NCBI GenBank assembly: GCA_044433805.1
Contig: JAWXTD010000004.1
Span: 418-64,417, forward strand
Direction: 5' to 3'
Length of the DNA stretch: 64,000 bases
DNA from: Rikenellaceae bacterium
GTDB lineage: Bacteria > Bacteroidota > Bacteroidia > Bacteroidales > Rikenellaceae
The position numbers were made by a program, and so were the translations under genes. This document shows, piece by piece, positions 1-9,889 of the stretch (position 1 is its first letter; each line of letters opens with the position of its first letter). Under the pieces are notes generated by a model that had not been told where the DNA came from, did no database searches, and was given only the letters and a program-made list of their open reading frames with translations.

Positions 1-69
1 TTGCAACCAAAAAAGAGTAGGTAGAAAGAGAAAAAGTTTGTATATTTGTTGTCAAATTTAAAAGATAAG

Positions 70-3000
70 ATGCAAAATTTCGTCCACCTTCACGTACATA
101 CCCAATACTCAATCCTTGATGGTCAGGCAAATATAGGGAAATTAATCGACAAAGCTATTGCCGATGGAATGCCCGGTATTGCCATCACCGATCACGGAGT
201 GATGTTTGGTGTCAAGGAGTTTCTCAACACCTTGGGCAAAAAGAAAAAGGGCTGGAAGGGCGAAGCGGCAAAGCTTAAGAAGCAAAATGTAGCTTTTGAG
301 GCTGGCACCGAAGTCATCGAGGGCGAAGACCCCAAAATATCTATAGAGAAAAATAATGAGCAGATATATCTTTTAGAGGAGAAACTACGCTTCAAGGCCA
401 TCATCGGTTGTGAGGTATATGTTGCTCGTCGAGGACTGCACATAAAAGAGCAAAAAGGCGACCAGAGTGGATATCACCTTATCCTACTTGCAAAAAATTT
501 AAATGGCTACCACAACCTTATTAAAATAGTATCTAAAGGCTGGACCGATGGTTTCTATTCGCGCCCACGAACCGACCACAAAGAGCTGCAAAAATATCAC
601 AAGGACCTTATCTGTTGCTCGGCATGTATCGGAGGCGAGGTGCCTCAAAAGATCTTGAAAGATACAGTGGATAGCGCCCAGGAGGCGATGTTGTGGCACA
701 AAGAGCTTTTCGGAGAAGATTACTACGTTGAGTTGCAGCGCCATATTGCCACAGTCGAGCGTGCCAACCACGAGGTATACCCAATGCAACAAAAGGTCAA
801 TGAGGTACTTATTGATTTGGCTCACAAAAATAATATCAAGCTTATCTGCTCCAACGACGTTCACTTTGTCGACGAGGATAATGCCGAGGCTCACGATCGA
901 TTGATCTGCCTTAGCACTAGTCGCGATTTGGACGATCCTAAGCGCATGCTCTACTCAAAGCAGGAGTGGCTGAAGAGTCGTCGCGAGATGTCAGACCTAT
1001 TTAAAGATATCCCCGAGGCGCTAGAAAATACACTGGAGGTATGCGACAAAATTGAGCAATATTCGATCGACAACCCTCCGATTATGCCAACCTTCGAGAT
1101 TCCCGAGGAGTTCGGAACCGAAGAGAGCTATCGAGCTAAGTTCACAGACCAAGACCTCTTCGAGGAGTTCTCGCGCGACGAGTTGGGAAATGTTGTACTT
1201 TCAGAAGAGGCAGCCGAAAGAAAGATCAAAAGCATCGGAGGTATAGACAAACTCTATCGCATAAAGCTCGAAGCCGATTATCTAGCAAAAATCACCTTCG
1301 AGGGAGCCGAGAAAAAATATCCAATGCCCCTATCCGACGAGGTTAAAGAGCGTTTGACCTTTGAGTTACACATCATGAAGACCATGGGTTTCCCTGGCTA
1401 CTTCCTTATCGTTCAGGACTTTATCCGTGCAGCGCGCGAGCAACTTGACGTATCGGTAGGTCCCGGACGTGGATCTGCGGCAGGATCTGCTGCGGCTTAT
1501 TGCTTGGGTATCACTATGATCGACCCAATTAAATATGATCTACTTTTTGAGCGTTTCTTGAATCCCGATCGTATTTCACTTCCCGATATCGACGTCGACT
1601 TCGATGATGATGGTCGTGGAAGGGTCTTAAATTGGGTGACTCAAAAGTATGGTAAAGAGAAGGTTGCGCATATCATCACCTATGGAACGATGGCCACAAA
1701 GAGCTCGATTAAGGATGTGGCACGCGTTCAAAAGCTTCCGCTTCAGGAGTCCGACAGGTTGTGCAAACTTATCCCCGACCGCCTGCCAGGCGACAAGAAG
1801 ATGAATCTGCCAAATGCAATAGCGGCAATCCCCGAGCTCAAAGATGCCGAGACTTCCGATAATGCAACGCTCAGCGACACAATACGTTATGCCAAGATGC
1901 TGGAGGGAAATGTGCGCAACACGGGAGTGCATGCTTGTGGTACAATCATCTGTCGCGATAACATCACCGATTGGGTTCCTGTGAGCACAGCCGACGATAA
2001 GGAGACAGGCGAGAAGATGCTCGTAACCCAATACGAAGGTTCGGTGATCGAAGATACGGGACTCATAAAGATGGATTTCCTGGGGCTTAAAACCCTCTCG
2101 ATCATCAAAGATGCCTTGGCCAACATCAAGCAGCGACAAAATAAGGTAATCGACATCGACAATATTCCAATTGACGATGCAAACACATACGACCTATATA
2201 GTGCCGGTCGCACCGTTGGAACATTCCAATTTGAGTCTGCCGGCATGCAGAAATATCTTCGCGATTTGCAGCCCTCGACCTTCGAGGATCTAATTGCGAT
2301 GAATGCCTTGTATCGTCCCGGACCGATGGATTATATCCCTGAATTCGTCGATCGAAAACATGGCCGTAAGCCTATCGAATACGACATTCCAATCATGGAA
2401 ACCTACCTGAAGGATACATATGGAATCACCGTATACCAGGAGCAAGTCATGTTGCTTTCGCGTCTTTTGGCCAACTTTACACGTGGAGAGTCCGACTCTT
2501 TGCGCAAGGCGATGGGAAAGAAACTCAAAGATAAGCTCGATGAGTTGAAACCGCAATTTATTAAAGGAGGAGAGAGCAATGGCCACCAGCCAAAGGTTTT
2601 GGAGAAGATCTGGGCCGACTGGGAGAAGTTCGCTTCATATGCCTTTAATAAATCGCACGCGACATGTTACTCGTGGATTGCCTACCAAACAGCATTCCTT
2701 AAGGCCAACTACCCTTCCGAATATATGGCGGCATTGCTCAGCCGAAACTTAAGCGACATCAAAACTTTGAGCGTCTACATGAACGAGTGTACACGTATGA
2801 AAATCAAGGTGTTGGTGCCTGATATCAACGAGTCAATGGAACGTTTTGCCGCAAATGCAAATGGCGATGTACGCTTTGGATTGGTGGCAATCAAAGGTGT
2901 TGGCGAGGCTGCCGTACGCTCGATTATCGAGGAGCGCGAGAAGAATGGTCGATTCCTTGATATTTACGATCTGTTCAAGCGCCTGAACTACTCGGCAGTA

Positions 3001-3891
3001 AATAGAAAGTCGATCGAAAATATCGCTTTGGCGGGAGGATTAGATGAGATTTCGACGTTCCACCGCAGCAAATTTTTCGAGATTGCCTCGGGAAATCTAA
3101 CATTTGTCGAGATGTTGATTCGCTATGGTCAGCGCTGCCAGCATGAACAGCAGAATGCTCAGCAGAGTCTTTTTGGCGGAGATGGTGGTGTGGTCGATAT
3201 CGAAATGCCACAAGCTCCCATTGCCGAGGAGTGGAACCAATTGGAGACACTAAAGCGCGAACGCGAGGTAATTGGACTCTTCCTTTCGGCTCACCCTTTG
3301 GATGAATATAGTGTGGTGATCGATACTTTCTGCAATGCGCAAGTATCTGAGTTATCGAACCTTGAGGATTTTCGCGATAAAGATGTAGCCATCGCTGGAA
3401 TGGTTATTGCCGAGCAGCATATGACCTCTAAAACCGGTAAGCCCTTTGGCAAGTTCACACTTGAAGATTACGAAGGGTCGCACGAATTTATGCTCTTTGG
3501 TAAGGATTATGAGAACTTCAGAAAATACCTTTACAAAGATTATTTCCTATTGGTCAAGGGACGTGTTGAGGCGCGTCGCTACAACGAAAACATGCTTAAC
3601 TTTAACGTAAAGTCGATGGTTCAATTGTCGGAGTATCGCGACAAGATGATCAAAAATATAACCATCGACGTTGAGATTCGCAGCATAAACGACAAATTAA
3701 TGGTGATGATCGAGGAGTTAACCAAGCGTCAGAAAGGTCAAGTGAAGGGTACAACGGCGCTGCGTTTTAGGGTGTATGACAGGCAGAGCGGTGTGACAAT
3801 CGAGATGATATCTCGAGATATCACTTTAACCATTACCAAGGAATTCATTGGAAAATTGGAGAGTAATAATATAGAATATAAAATTTCATAA
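70..3891 (+). CDS. dnaE: DNA polymerase III alpha subunit
   Basis: PHP motif FVHLHVHTQYSILDG, GPGRGSAAGS, PDIDVDF catalytic motif, KMDFLGL, YAFNKSHA. ATG at 70 preferred over TTG at 46. Confidence 0.98.
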   Translation: MQNFVHLHVHTQYSILDGQANIGKLIDKAIADGMPGIAITDHGVMFGVKEFLNTLGKKKKGWKGEAAKLKKQNVAFEAGTEVIEGEDPKISIEKNNEQIYLLEEKLRFKAIIGCEVYVARRGLHIKEQKGDQSGYHLILLAKNLNGYHNLIKIVSKGWTDGFYSRPRTDHKELQKYHKDLICCSACIGGEVPQKILKDTVDSAQEAMLWHKELFGEDYYVELQRHIATVERANHEVYPMQQKVNEVLIDLAHKNNIKLICSNDVHFVDEDNAEAHDRLICLSTSRDLDDPKRMLYSKQEWLKSRREMSDLFKDIPEALENTLEVCDKIEQYSIDNPPIMPTFEIPEEFGTEESYRAKFTDQDLFEEFSRDELGNVVLSEEAAERKIKSIGGIDKLYRIKLEADYLAKITFEGAEKKYPMPLSDEVKERLTFELHIMKTMGFPGYFLIVQDFIRAAREQLDVSVGPGRGSAAGSAAAYCLGITMIDPIKYDLLFERFLNPDRISLPDIDVDFDDDGRGRVLNWVTQKYGKEKVAHIITYGTMATKSSIKDVARVQKLPLQESDRLCKLIPDRLPGDKKMNLPNAIAAIPELKDAETSDNATLSDTIRYAKMLEGNVRNTGVHACGTIICRDNITDWVPVSTADDKETGEKMLVTQYEGSVIEDTGLIKMDFLGLKTLSIIKDALANIKQRQNKVIDIDNIPIDDANTYDLYSAGRTVGTFQFESAGMQKYLRDLQPSTFEDLIAMNALYRPGPMDYIPEFVDRKHGRKPIEYDIPIMETYLKDTYGITVYQEQVMLLSRLLANFTRGESDSLRKAMGKKLKDKLDELKPQFIKGGESNGHQPKVLEKIWADWEKFASYAFNKSHATCYSWIAYQTAFLKANYPSEYMAALLSRNLSDIKTLSVYMNECTRMKIKVLVPDINESMERFAANANGDVRFGLVAIKGVGEAAVRSIIEEREKNGRFLDIYDLFKRLNYSAVNRKSIENIALAGGLDEISTFHRSKFFEIASGNLTFVEMLIRYGQRCQHEQQNAQQSLFGGDGGVVDIEMPQAPIAEEWNQLETLKREREVIGLFLSAHPLDEYSVVIDTFCNAQVSELSNLEDFRDKDVAIAGMVIAEQHMTSKTGKPFGKFTLEDYEGSHEFMLFGKDYENFRKYLYKDYFLLVKGRVEARRYNENMLNFNVKSMVQLSEYRDKMIKNITIDVEIRSINDKLMVMIEELTKRQKGQVKGTTALRFRVYDRQSGVTIEMISRDITLTITKEFIGKLESNNIEYKIS

Positions 3892-3904
3892 AACAAAAAC
3901 AATC

Positions 3905-4219
3905 ATGGCATTAATAATCACAAAAGAGAATTTTGAGGAGCTTATCGCAGGTGATAAGCCAGTAGTAATTGATTTCTGGGCAGAGTGGTGTGGCCCTTGT
4001 CGCACAATCGCTCCAATCATCGAGGAGTTAGCCGCTGAGTTCGAAGGCTCGGTTGCAATCGGCAAATGCGATGTCGAGGATAACGACGATATCGTAGCAA
4101 AGTATGGCGTTCGTAACATCCCAACGGTGATCTTCCTTAAGGGTGGTCAAGTAGTCGATAAGCAAGTCGGCGCTGCATCAAAAGATGCATTTAAGGCAAA
4201 GATTGAGAAGTTGCTCTAA
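3905..4219 (+). CDS. trxA: Thioredoxin
   Basis: DFWAEWCGPC active site, 104 aa. Confidence 0.97.
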   Translation: MALIITKENFEELIAGDKPVVIDFWAEWCGPCRTIAPIIEELAAEFEGSVAIGKCDVEDNDDIVAKYGVRNIPTVIFLKGGQVVDKQVGAASKDAFKAKIEKLL

Positions 4220-4242
4220 ATCTCGATCACCACTATGGTGAA

Positions 4243-4283
4243 ATATTGCTAGGATAAGTTTTCAAACTCAATCCTAGCAATAT
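4243..4283. terminator. Probable bidirectional hairpin terminator between convergent trxA and AlkD-like gene
   Basis: ATATTGCTAGGAT...ATCCTAGCAATAT 13-bp inverted repeat between convergent stop codons. Confidence 0.7.
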
Positions 4284-4288
4284 CTATT

Positions 4289-4915
4289 TTATTGACACTC
4301 CATGCGCCAAGCCATCTCCTCTTTTACAATCTTTGATGCAGGTGACTGTGGTAATTCTAGGATAATCTCCTCGATAATCGGGCGATTCTCATCACTTCGA
4401 TAATAGCTCTCGAGCAAGGTTACTATTGCGCTAGTTATAATTGAGATGTTTTTATTTATCACCTTATATATTAACGACTTAACGTCGCCTATCTCAAGTA
4501 AATTACTCTTTGAGATTGACAACAATGCTGTATAAAGCAACAAGTCATTTTCGGATTCTGCCCATTGGACAACAATAGGCACATGCTGAAACAGCACAAA
4601 AGCTGCCTCCTCGGCAACCTCGGAGTTAATAATTCCTCGAGCCCAGAAATCGAGTTCAGATATAGTTGTAATCTCTTGCGCTTGCGCAATATGAAGTGAC
4701 GCTAATCTTATTTCACGCACTTGTTGTTCAAAGAGATACTTTGCATAGAGGTGATCTTTTCCTTCAGAGGCTGCCAAAGAGCGCACGGTTGGAAGACTCA
4801 CTCCATAATTTAATCCGTAATCTGCTCCATAGTAGCGCATTGAACCCGCCACAGCACCATTCATTTGACGACGACACTCGCCCAAAAGGTGCGATAAACG
4901 CAGTGTAAAACCCAT
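4289..4915 (-). CDS. DNA alkylation repair protein (AlkD-like HEAT-repeat family)
   Basis: MNGAVAGSMR...YGLNYGVSLPTVR...VRE.RLA pattern typical of Bacteroidales DNA_alkylation family. Confidence 0.7.
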   Translation of the reverse strand: MGFTLRLSHLLGECRRQMNGAVAGSMRYYGADYGLNYGVSLPTVRSLAASEGKDHLYAKYLFEQQVREIRLASLHIAQAQEITTISELDFWARGIINSEVAEEAAFVLFQHVPIVVQWAESENDLLLYTALLSISKSNLLEIGDVKSLIYKVINKNISIITSAIVTLLESYYRSDENRPIIEEIILELPQSPASKIVKEEMAWRMECQ

Positions 4916-4920
4916 TGTTA

Positions 4921-5793
4921 TTAATTTGCAGTCTCGATATTTACATCTTTACCAAGCTCAAAAATTAGAAGCACGGTTGATGCAATTGCTTGAGAATCAT
5001 TATATAGCACACACTGAGTGGGAGCAGCAATTCTAAAAGTGACCGGAGAAGAACCTTTCGATTTAGCCGTAGGGTTAACCTCAATAGCTGTAGTATCAGG
5101 AAACTCTTGAACATTAAATTGCAGATAAATGGGCTGCCCACTCAAATCATTTGCCGGAAGTATTCCACTCTTACTATCAAAACGCGATATGACATGTCGC
5201 ATAGCATCCGCTTGAGGGGTAAATACGTATCTCTCAACAGATTGAGTAATTGTACGGCTGCCTAAAAATAGCTCTAAATACTCCTGCTCCATTTTATCTA
5301 AAGATGCAATCGCCTCGCTCAAACCCGCACCAAAGTAGCCCTCGCCAGCTTCACCATTAACAATATCGCGACGCTGACGACGAATTGTAAAAATTGCTGA
5401 AGCTGCATCACGAGCAGCGTCATCAGCTGGCAAAATTACAGAGCTATATTGATCCGCAGGCAACTTCGAATACTCTACGCTAGGTTGTACAGCAGACAAT
5501 GAAGCAGCGTAAGTGTCCTGAGCAAGAGCGATTGATGCATCGGAAATTGTATATGAAGTTTGTGCAACAAGAGGAGCCCTTAGCCCTAAATATTTCTGCG
5601 CATAACGTGCATATACACCGGGAGTTACAGCCTCCTTCTCAACCAATAGTTCAACTACAATTGTTGTTGTTGGGTATGATAATACAAAATCACCATCCTC
5701 TTTAATTAATCCAATTCTAGCAATATTGTAGCCCTGTGCTACAGCGCTTATCGACAGTATAGAGAGTAAAAATGTAGCAATAAATTTATTCAT
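4921..5793 (-). CDS. DUF4831-like exported protein
   Basis: Signal peptide; YPTT...PGVYARYAQKYLG and EQEYLELFLG motifs. Confidence 0.65.
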   Translation of the reverse strand: MNKFIATFLLSILSISAVAQGYNIARIGLIKEDGDFVLSYPTTTIVVELLVEKEAVTPGVYARYAQKYLGLRAPLVAQTSYTISDASIALAQDTYAASLSAVQPSVEYSKLPADQYSSVILPADDAARDAASAIFTIRRQRRDIVNGEAGEGYFGAGLSEAIASLDKMEQEYLELFLGSRTITQSVERYVFTPQADAMRHVISRFDSKSGILPANDLSGQPIYLQFNVQEFPDTTAIEVNPTAKSKGSSPVTFRIAAPTQCVLYNDSQAIASTVLLIFELGKDVNIETAN

Positions 5794-5840
5794 AATTATA
5801 AAATTTTAGGTGTGTAAATATACATAAAAATATTATAGTG

Positions 5841-6539
5841 TCAAAATTTAAGGTAAAAATCTGCTGTTAAAGTTTTATAATCAGCAGTATATTCGTTTGA
5901 ATCAGCCTCTCTGATCGCTAAGTTCTCATAAATAATATTATCACTCTCTAACAATCGGTATTCGCTCATAACTCTCTTAGTATCAGAACCTACACGGCTA
6001 TTAACATAACATCGGCGCCATAAATGCAACTTTCCCGCCACCTCTTTTTCGAACCTCTCTGATTCGGCGCTTGGCAGAATTAAGGTAAAACGACCCGTCG
6101 GCGATAGCTGGCGGACTACAGCCATGCCTAGGCTTGTAAAAGAGAGCGATGTCGTATGCCTTGCAATGCTCCTACCCTTATCTGGCGGCAGCAGAGAATC
6201 CGAGAAAAAAGGAGGGTTGGTAACAATTAAATCATACTTAAAGTTATTATTAAAGTCAGATATATTAACATTATGAAGATTAACACGATACGCCCATTCT
6301 GAATTAGCGATATTCTGAGCCGCTTGCTCAGCACTATCCTTGTCTATTTCAACAGCATCAACCCTTGCATTTGATCTTTGAGCCAACATGAGCGCAATAA
6401 GCCCAGTACCACTACCTATATCAAGCATTCTCTTATCGCTTGCCAGAATCTGCGACCACGCGCCAATCAATACACCGTCGGTACCAACTTTCATTGGCGT
6501 TTTATCCTGATGTATTGTAAATCTCTTGAATATGAACAT
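5841..6539 (-). CDS. tRNA1(Val) adenine(37)-N6 methyltransferase (YfiC/TrmN6-like)
   Basis: FKRFTIHQD..MKVGTDGVLIGAW, LDIGSGTG SAM motif, NPPFF, ARH. Confidence 0.9.
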   Translation of the reverse strand: MFIFKRFTIHQDKTPMKVGTDGVLIGAWSQILASDKRMLDIGSGTGLIALMLAQRSNARVDAVEIDKDSAEQAAQNIANSEWAYRVNLHNVNISDFNNNFKYDLIVTNPPFFSDSLLPPDKGRSIARHTTSLSFTSLGMAVVRQLSPTGRFTLILPSAESERFEKEVAGKLHLWRRCYVNSRVGSDTKRVMSEYRLLESDNIIYENLAIREADSNEYTADYKTLTADFYLKF

Positions 6540-6545
6540 GATCTA

Positions 6546-7337
6546 CTACTTTAGAATAGGCTTGATAACTCCCTCAATACCAGCACCAAAAAGAGCAAAG
6601 TCATACTTCACAGGATCGTCAGCATCAAACTCTCTAAGCGCGCGCGTCACTTGGTCAACAGCCTTCCAGTCACTCTGTTTTCGTTCTAGCAAACCCAATG
6701 CCCGAGCAACATTGCCCGAATGAACATCGAGCGGAAGATACAAAGCCGACATTGGAATCTCATCCCAAATTCCGAAATCTACACCATTGTTATCGCGACG
6801 CACCATCCATCGAAGATACATATTTAGGCGCTTACATGCAGCCCCCTTGTCGATTGACGAAATATGCTTCTCGCAATGAGGATTATGGCTTGATAATAAA
6901 AATCTTGCACGGAAATTTGACAATAAACTGGGCACTGATTTAGAGTCGCTATATAGCTGAACCATAAGTTTACCTATAGAATCATATTCATCACATATTG
7001 AGCGAATTGCAACGACAAAATCGGTTAAATCTGAACCGTTGAATGTGCGATGCACATAGCTCTGCAAAGTCTGCAGATCTTTATCCGTTGCATTGCAAAC
7101 AAAGTCATATGGAGCATTATCCATATACTCCATCATTCTGCCCGCACTCTTCACAATCGCCTTTCTATTTCCCCAAGCAATTGTAGAGGCAAATAAACCT
7201 GCAATTTCAATATCCTCCACAGCGCTAAAACGATGCGGAATAGATATTGGATCGTGCTCTATAAACTCCTCACGGTTGAATCGCTCATGCAACGAGTCGA
7301 GCAATTCGCGCGTATCTTCAAATAATAAATCACTCAT
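6546..7337 (-). CDS. TIGR02757 / DUF2400 family protein
   Basis: DPISIPHRF, IAWGNRK, CKRLNMYLRWMVR, PLDVH, DPVKYDFALFG. Confidence 0.88.
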   Translation of the reverse strand: MSDLLFEDTRELLDSLHERFNREEFIEHDPISIPHRFSAVEDIEIAGLFASTIAWGNRKAIVKSAGRMMEYMDNAPYDFVCNATDKDLQTLQSYVHRTFNGSDLTDFVVAIRSICDEYDSIGKLMVQLYSDSKSVPSLLSNFRARFLLSSHNPHCEKHISSIDKGAACKRLNMYLRWMVRRDNNGVDFGIWDEIPMSALYLPLDVHSGNVARALGLLERKQSDWKAVDQVTRALREFDADDPVKYDFALFGAGIEGVIKPILK

Positions 7338-7339
7338 AT

Positions 7340-7990
7340 CTAGATAATTACACCATCACACATTACAATCTGCCTATCGGCCATTGCTGCCAATTTCTCA
7401 TCGTGCGTCACCACAATCACCGTAATACCAAACTCATCGCGCAGCTCAAAAAACAGATTGTGGATCTCCTCTTTAGTCTGAGAATCAAGATTTCCAGATG
7501 GCTCATCGGCAAAAAGTACTTTCGGCGAGTTGATCAGCGCACGGGCTATTGCAACGCGCTGTTGCTCACCCCCTGAAAGTTGACTGGGCTTATGCTCATA
7601 ACGCGCCGAGAGCCCCATTCGATTGAGCAACTCTTTAGCACTTCGCTTCACCTCTTCGCGATTGCGATTACCGATTAATCCGGGTATCATTACATTCTCC
7701 AGAGCGGTAAACTCGGGCAACAAGTTATGGAATTGAAAAACAAAACCAATCTGCTTGTTTCGAAATGCCGACAGATGCTTATCGTCGAATTTATCGATAG
7801 CCTCGCCTCCAATATATGTCTCTCCAGAGTCTGCCGATGATAGAGTGCTAATTATCTGAAGCAGAGTTGTTTTACCCGCTCCACTTGAACCAGTAATTGA
7901 GACAACTTCACCTTGTGCAACCTCCAGCGAAACTCCCTTTAAAACCTCTAGCTCGCCAAATTTTTTGTGTATATTTATAGCTTTAATCAT
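7340..7990 (-). CDS. ABC transporter ATP-binding protein, LolD-like
   Basis: Walker [37 protein letters not shown]. Confidence 0.88.
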   Translation of the reverse strand: MIKAINIHKKFGELEVLKGVSLEVAQGEVVSITGSSGAGKTTLLQIISTLSSADSGETYIGGEAIDKFDDKHLSAFRNKQIGFVFQFHNLLPEFTALENVMIPGLIGNRNREEVKRSAKELLNRMGLSARYEHKPSQLSGGEQQRVAIARALINSPKVLFADEPSGNLDSQTKEEIHNLFFELRDEFGITVIVVTHDEKLAAMADRQIVMCDGVII

Positions 7991-8811
7991 AGCTTTGATA
8001 TTTTTTTGAATATTTTCATTGTCTCAACCGCTTCGCGAACATCATGCACTCTTATTATTGAAGCACCTTGTCGCAATGCTTCCCAATTTAAAGCGATAGT
8101 TCCGGTAAGAGCATCATTTGAACTCACATTCAGCAAGTTATAAATCATCGATTTTCTAGATACCCCCACTAAAATGGGACACCCTAACCCTCTTAAATCA
8201 CCCAAATTAGAGATTAATTCATAATTCTGATCAAGCTCCTTGGCAAAGCCAAACCCCGGATCAATAATAATCTCTTCTACTCCGGCATCCTTTAGCTGCG
8301 CAATTTTTGCTTTAAAGTACGATGTAACTTCTTCAGTTATATTGCAATAACTGGTATTCTGCTGCATGGTTTGAGGTGTCCCCCTCATATGCATTGCAAT
8401 ATATGGCACTTTGTATTTTGCGGCCACAGAGATTAACTCAGGATCAATTTCCCCTGCCGATATGTCGTTGATAATCAGTGCGCCAAATTTATTTATCGCC
8501 TTCTGGGCAACCTCCGATCGAAATGTGTCGATAGATATTGGCATATCAGCAGCCAACTCTCGCACAACACTAATTCCCCGCTCAACTCTCTCCCACTCCT
8601 GCTGAGCAGTGATATGATCGGCTCCTGGTCGCGAAGAGTATCCACCAATATCAATAATCGTTGCTCCTTGACTAACTATCTGATTAACACGCAGCTTTAT
8701 CTCTTCGGTCGAAAAAGTCCTGCTATTTTTGTAAAATGAGTCAGGTGTAACATTTAGAATTGCCATCACATGAGGCTGGCGAAAATCGATATTAATTTTG
8801 CTGCGCTTCAT
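7987..8811 (-). CDS. folP: Dihydropteroate synthase
   Basis: [45 protein letters not shown] at 8811 chosen. Confidence 0.95.
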   Translation of the reverse strand: MKRSKINIDFRQPHVMAILNVTPDSFYKNSRTFSTEEIKLRVNQIVSQGATIIDIGGYSSRPGADHITAQQEWERVERGISVVRELAADMPISIDTFRSEVAQKAINKFGALIINDISAGEIDPELISVAAKYKVPYIAMHMRGTPQTMQQNTSYCNITEEVTSYFKAKIAQLKDAGVEEIIIDPGFGFAKELDQNYELISNLGDLRGLGCPILVGVSRKSMIYNLLNVSSNDALTGTIALNWEALRQGASIIRVHDVREAVETMKIFKKISKL

Positions 8812-9385
8812 ATCTAAATCGTTTATCAAAGAGCTTGGCTGCATCTTCGAGATCTTCAATATCAAAATTCACAACAGATAGATCAGATAATTGATTTAAC
8901 TCCTGGTCAGATAGCTGATGCGCCATTCGAGCCTCGACTTGCTCTACAGTTAAACCATCACGTGAGATAACTCGCTCAACTCTCATTGGCTTAGGTGATA
9001 ACACCGCCACTGAATAATCGACATGCTCATTAAATTTCGCCTCAAAAAGTATAGCGCACTCCAAAATTACGTATGGTGAATTTTGCTTTTCACACCACTC
9101 CTTAAAGTCGCTTTTAACTCGCGGATGAACTAATGAATTAAGTTTTGCGAGACCTTCTGCAGACGAAAAAACACACTGCGAAAGATAGCCTCGATTAAGC
9201 TCATCTCCACAATAGCTCTGCGAACCAAAGGACTCAATTATCGACTCTCGAAGCTTTAAATCACTCACCATAATCGTCTTAGCTCTCGCATCGGAGTTGT
9301 AGATAGGAGCTCCTAATTCGGCAAACATTCTACACAAGGTTGTTTTTCCACTGCCAATTCCGCCAGTAACACCAATTTTTAGCAT
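8792..9385 (-). CDS. coaE: Dephospho-CoA kinase
   Basis: IGVTGGIGSGKTT, LNSLVHPRV, AILFE. Confidence 0.95.
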   Translation of the reverse strand: MLKIGVTGGIGSGKTTLCRMFAELGAPIYNSDARAKTIMVSDLKLRESIIESFGSQSYCGDELNRGYLSQCVFSSAEGLAKLNSLVHPRVKSDFKEWCEKQNSPYVILECAILFEAKFNEHVDYSVAVLSPKPMRVERVISRDGLTVEQVEARMAHQLSDQELNQLSDLSVVNFDIEDLEDAAKLFDKRFRYEAQQN

Positions 9386-9387
9386 CT

Positions 9388-9813
9388 CTACAGCCTCTTA
9401 TTTAAAAGTTTCGACTCCTGGTCAGATGGAATACTTACTGCAGGAATGGCCCCGATCGAAATAACTTTTATATCGCTATAACGCACAGATAGAGCATTTT
9501 GCAACGATTGAGAATCAATCATAATCTCATCATTATCCCCCTCATTATCAATGCGTTCATATTTAAGTTCCGAGAGTGGAATAGATACATTACCGCCCTT
9601 ATAAAGCCTGTAACCAAAAAGGTTTGTGCCAACACCTTCAACCACACACACCACTTCAAATTTGGCCGATCCAACCTTGACATCAATATTTAAATCTGTG
9701 GTATAGGTATAGCTAAGTTTTGCTATATACCACAGTATAAATGAGGCAGTTAGCATAATCAAAAATGCCGGAGATATGTAGTGGCGCAACCACTTAAGTA
9801 GATCGTTTTTCAT
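9388..9813 (-). CDS. Hypothetical single-pass membrane protein (short YbbR-like)
   Basis: N-terminal TM FLIMLTASFILWYIAKLSYTY; sits directly upstream of coaE, like Bacteroidales YbbR-like genes. Confidence 0.55.
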   Translation of the reverse strand: MKNDLLKWLRHYISPAFLIMLTASFILWYIAKLSYTYTTDLNIDVKVGSAKFEVVCVVEGVGTNLFGYRLYKGGNVSIPLSELKYERIDNEGDNDEIMIDSQSLQNALSVRYSDIKVISIGAIPAVSIPSDQESKLLNKRL

Positions 9814-9889
9814 GCTTAAATTTATCGTTAACCCCGTAAAGGTATAGAAAAGTTTACAGTTTTACAATAGACACTATAAATAATCTAAA

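Noticed and set aside
229-1275. Two insertions in DnaE (Lys-rich segment in the PHP domain; EEFGTEE...YRIKLEADYL segment) considered as inteins
   Set aside because: Short (about 50-60 aa), with no C/S...HN-C/S/T splice motifs or LAGLIDADG; they resemble ordinary Bacteroidales DnaE inserts.
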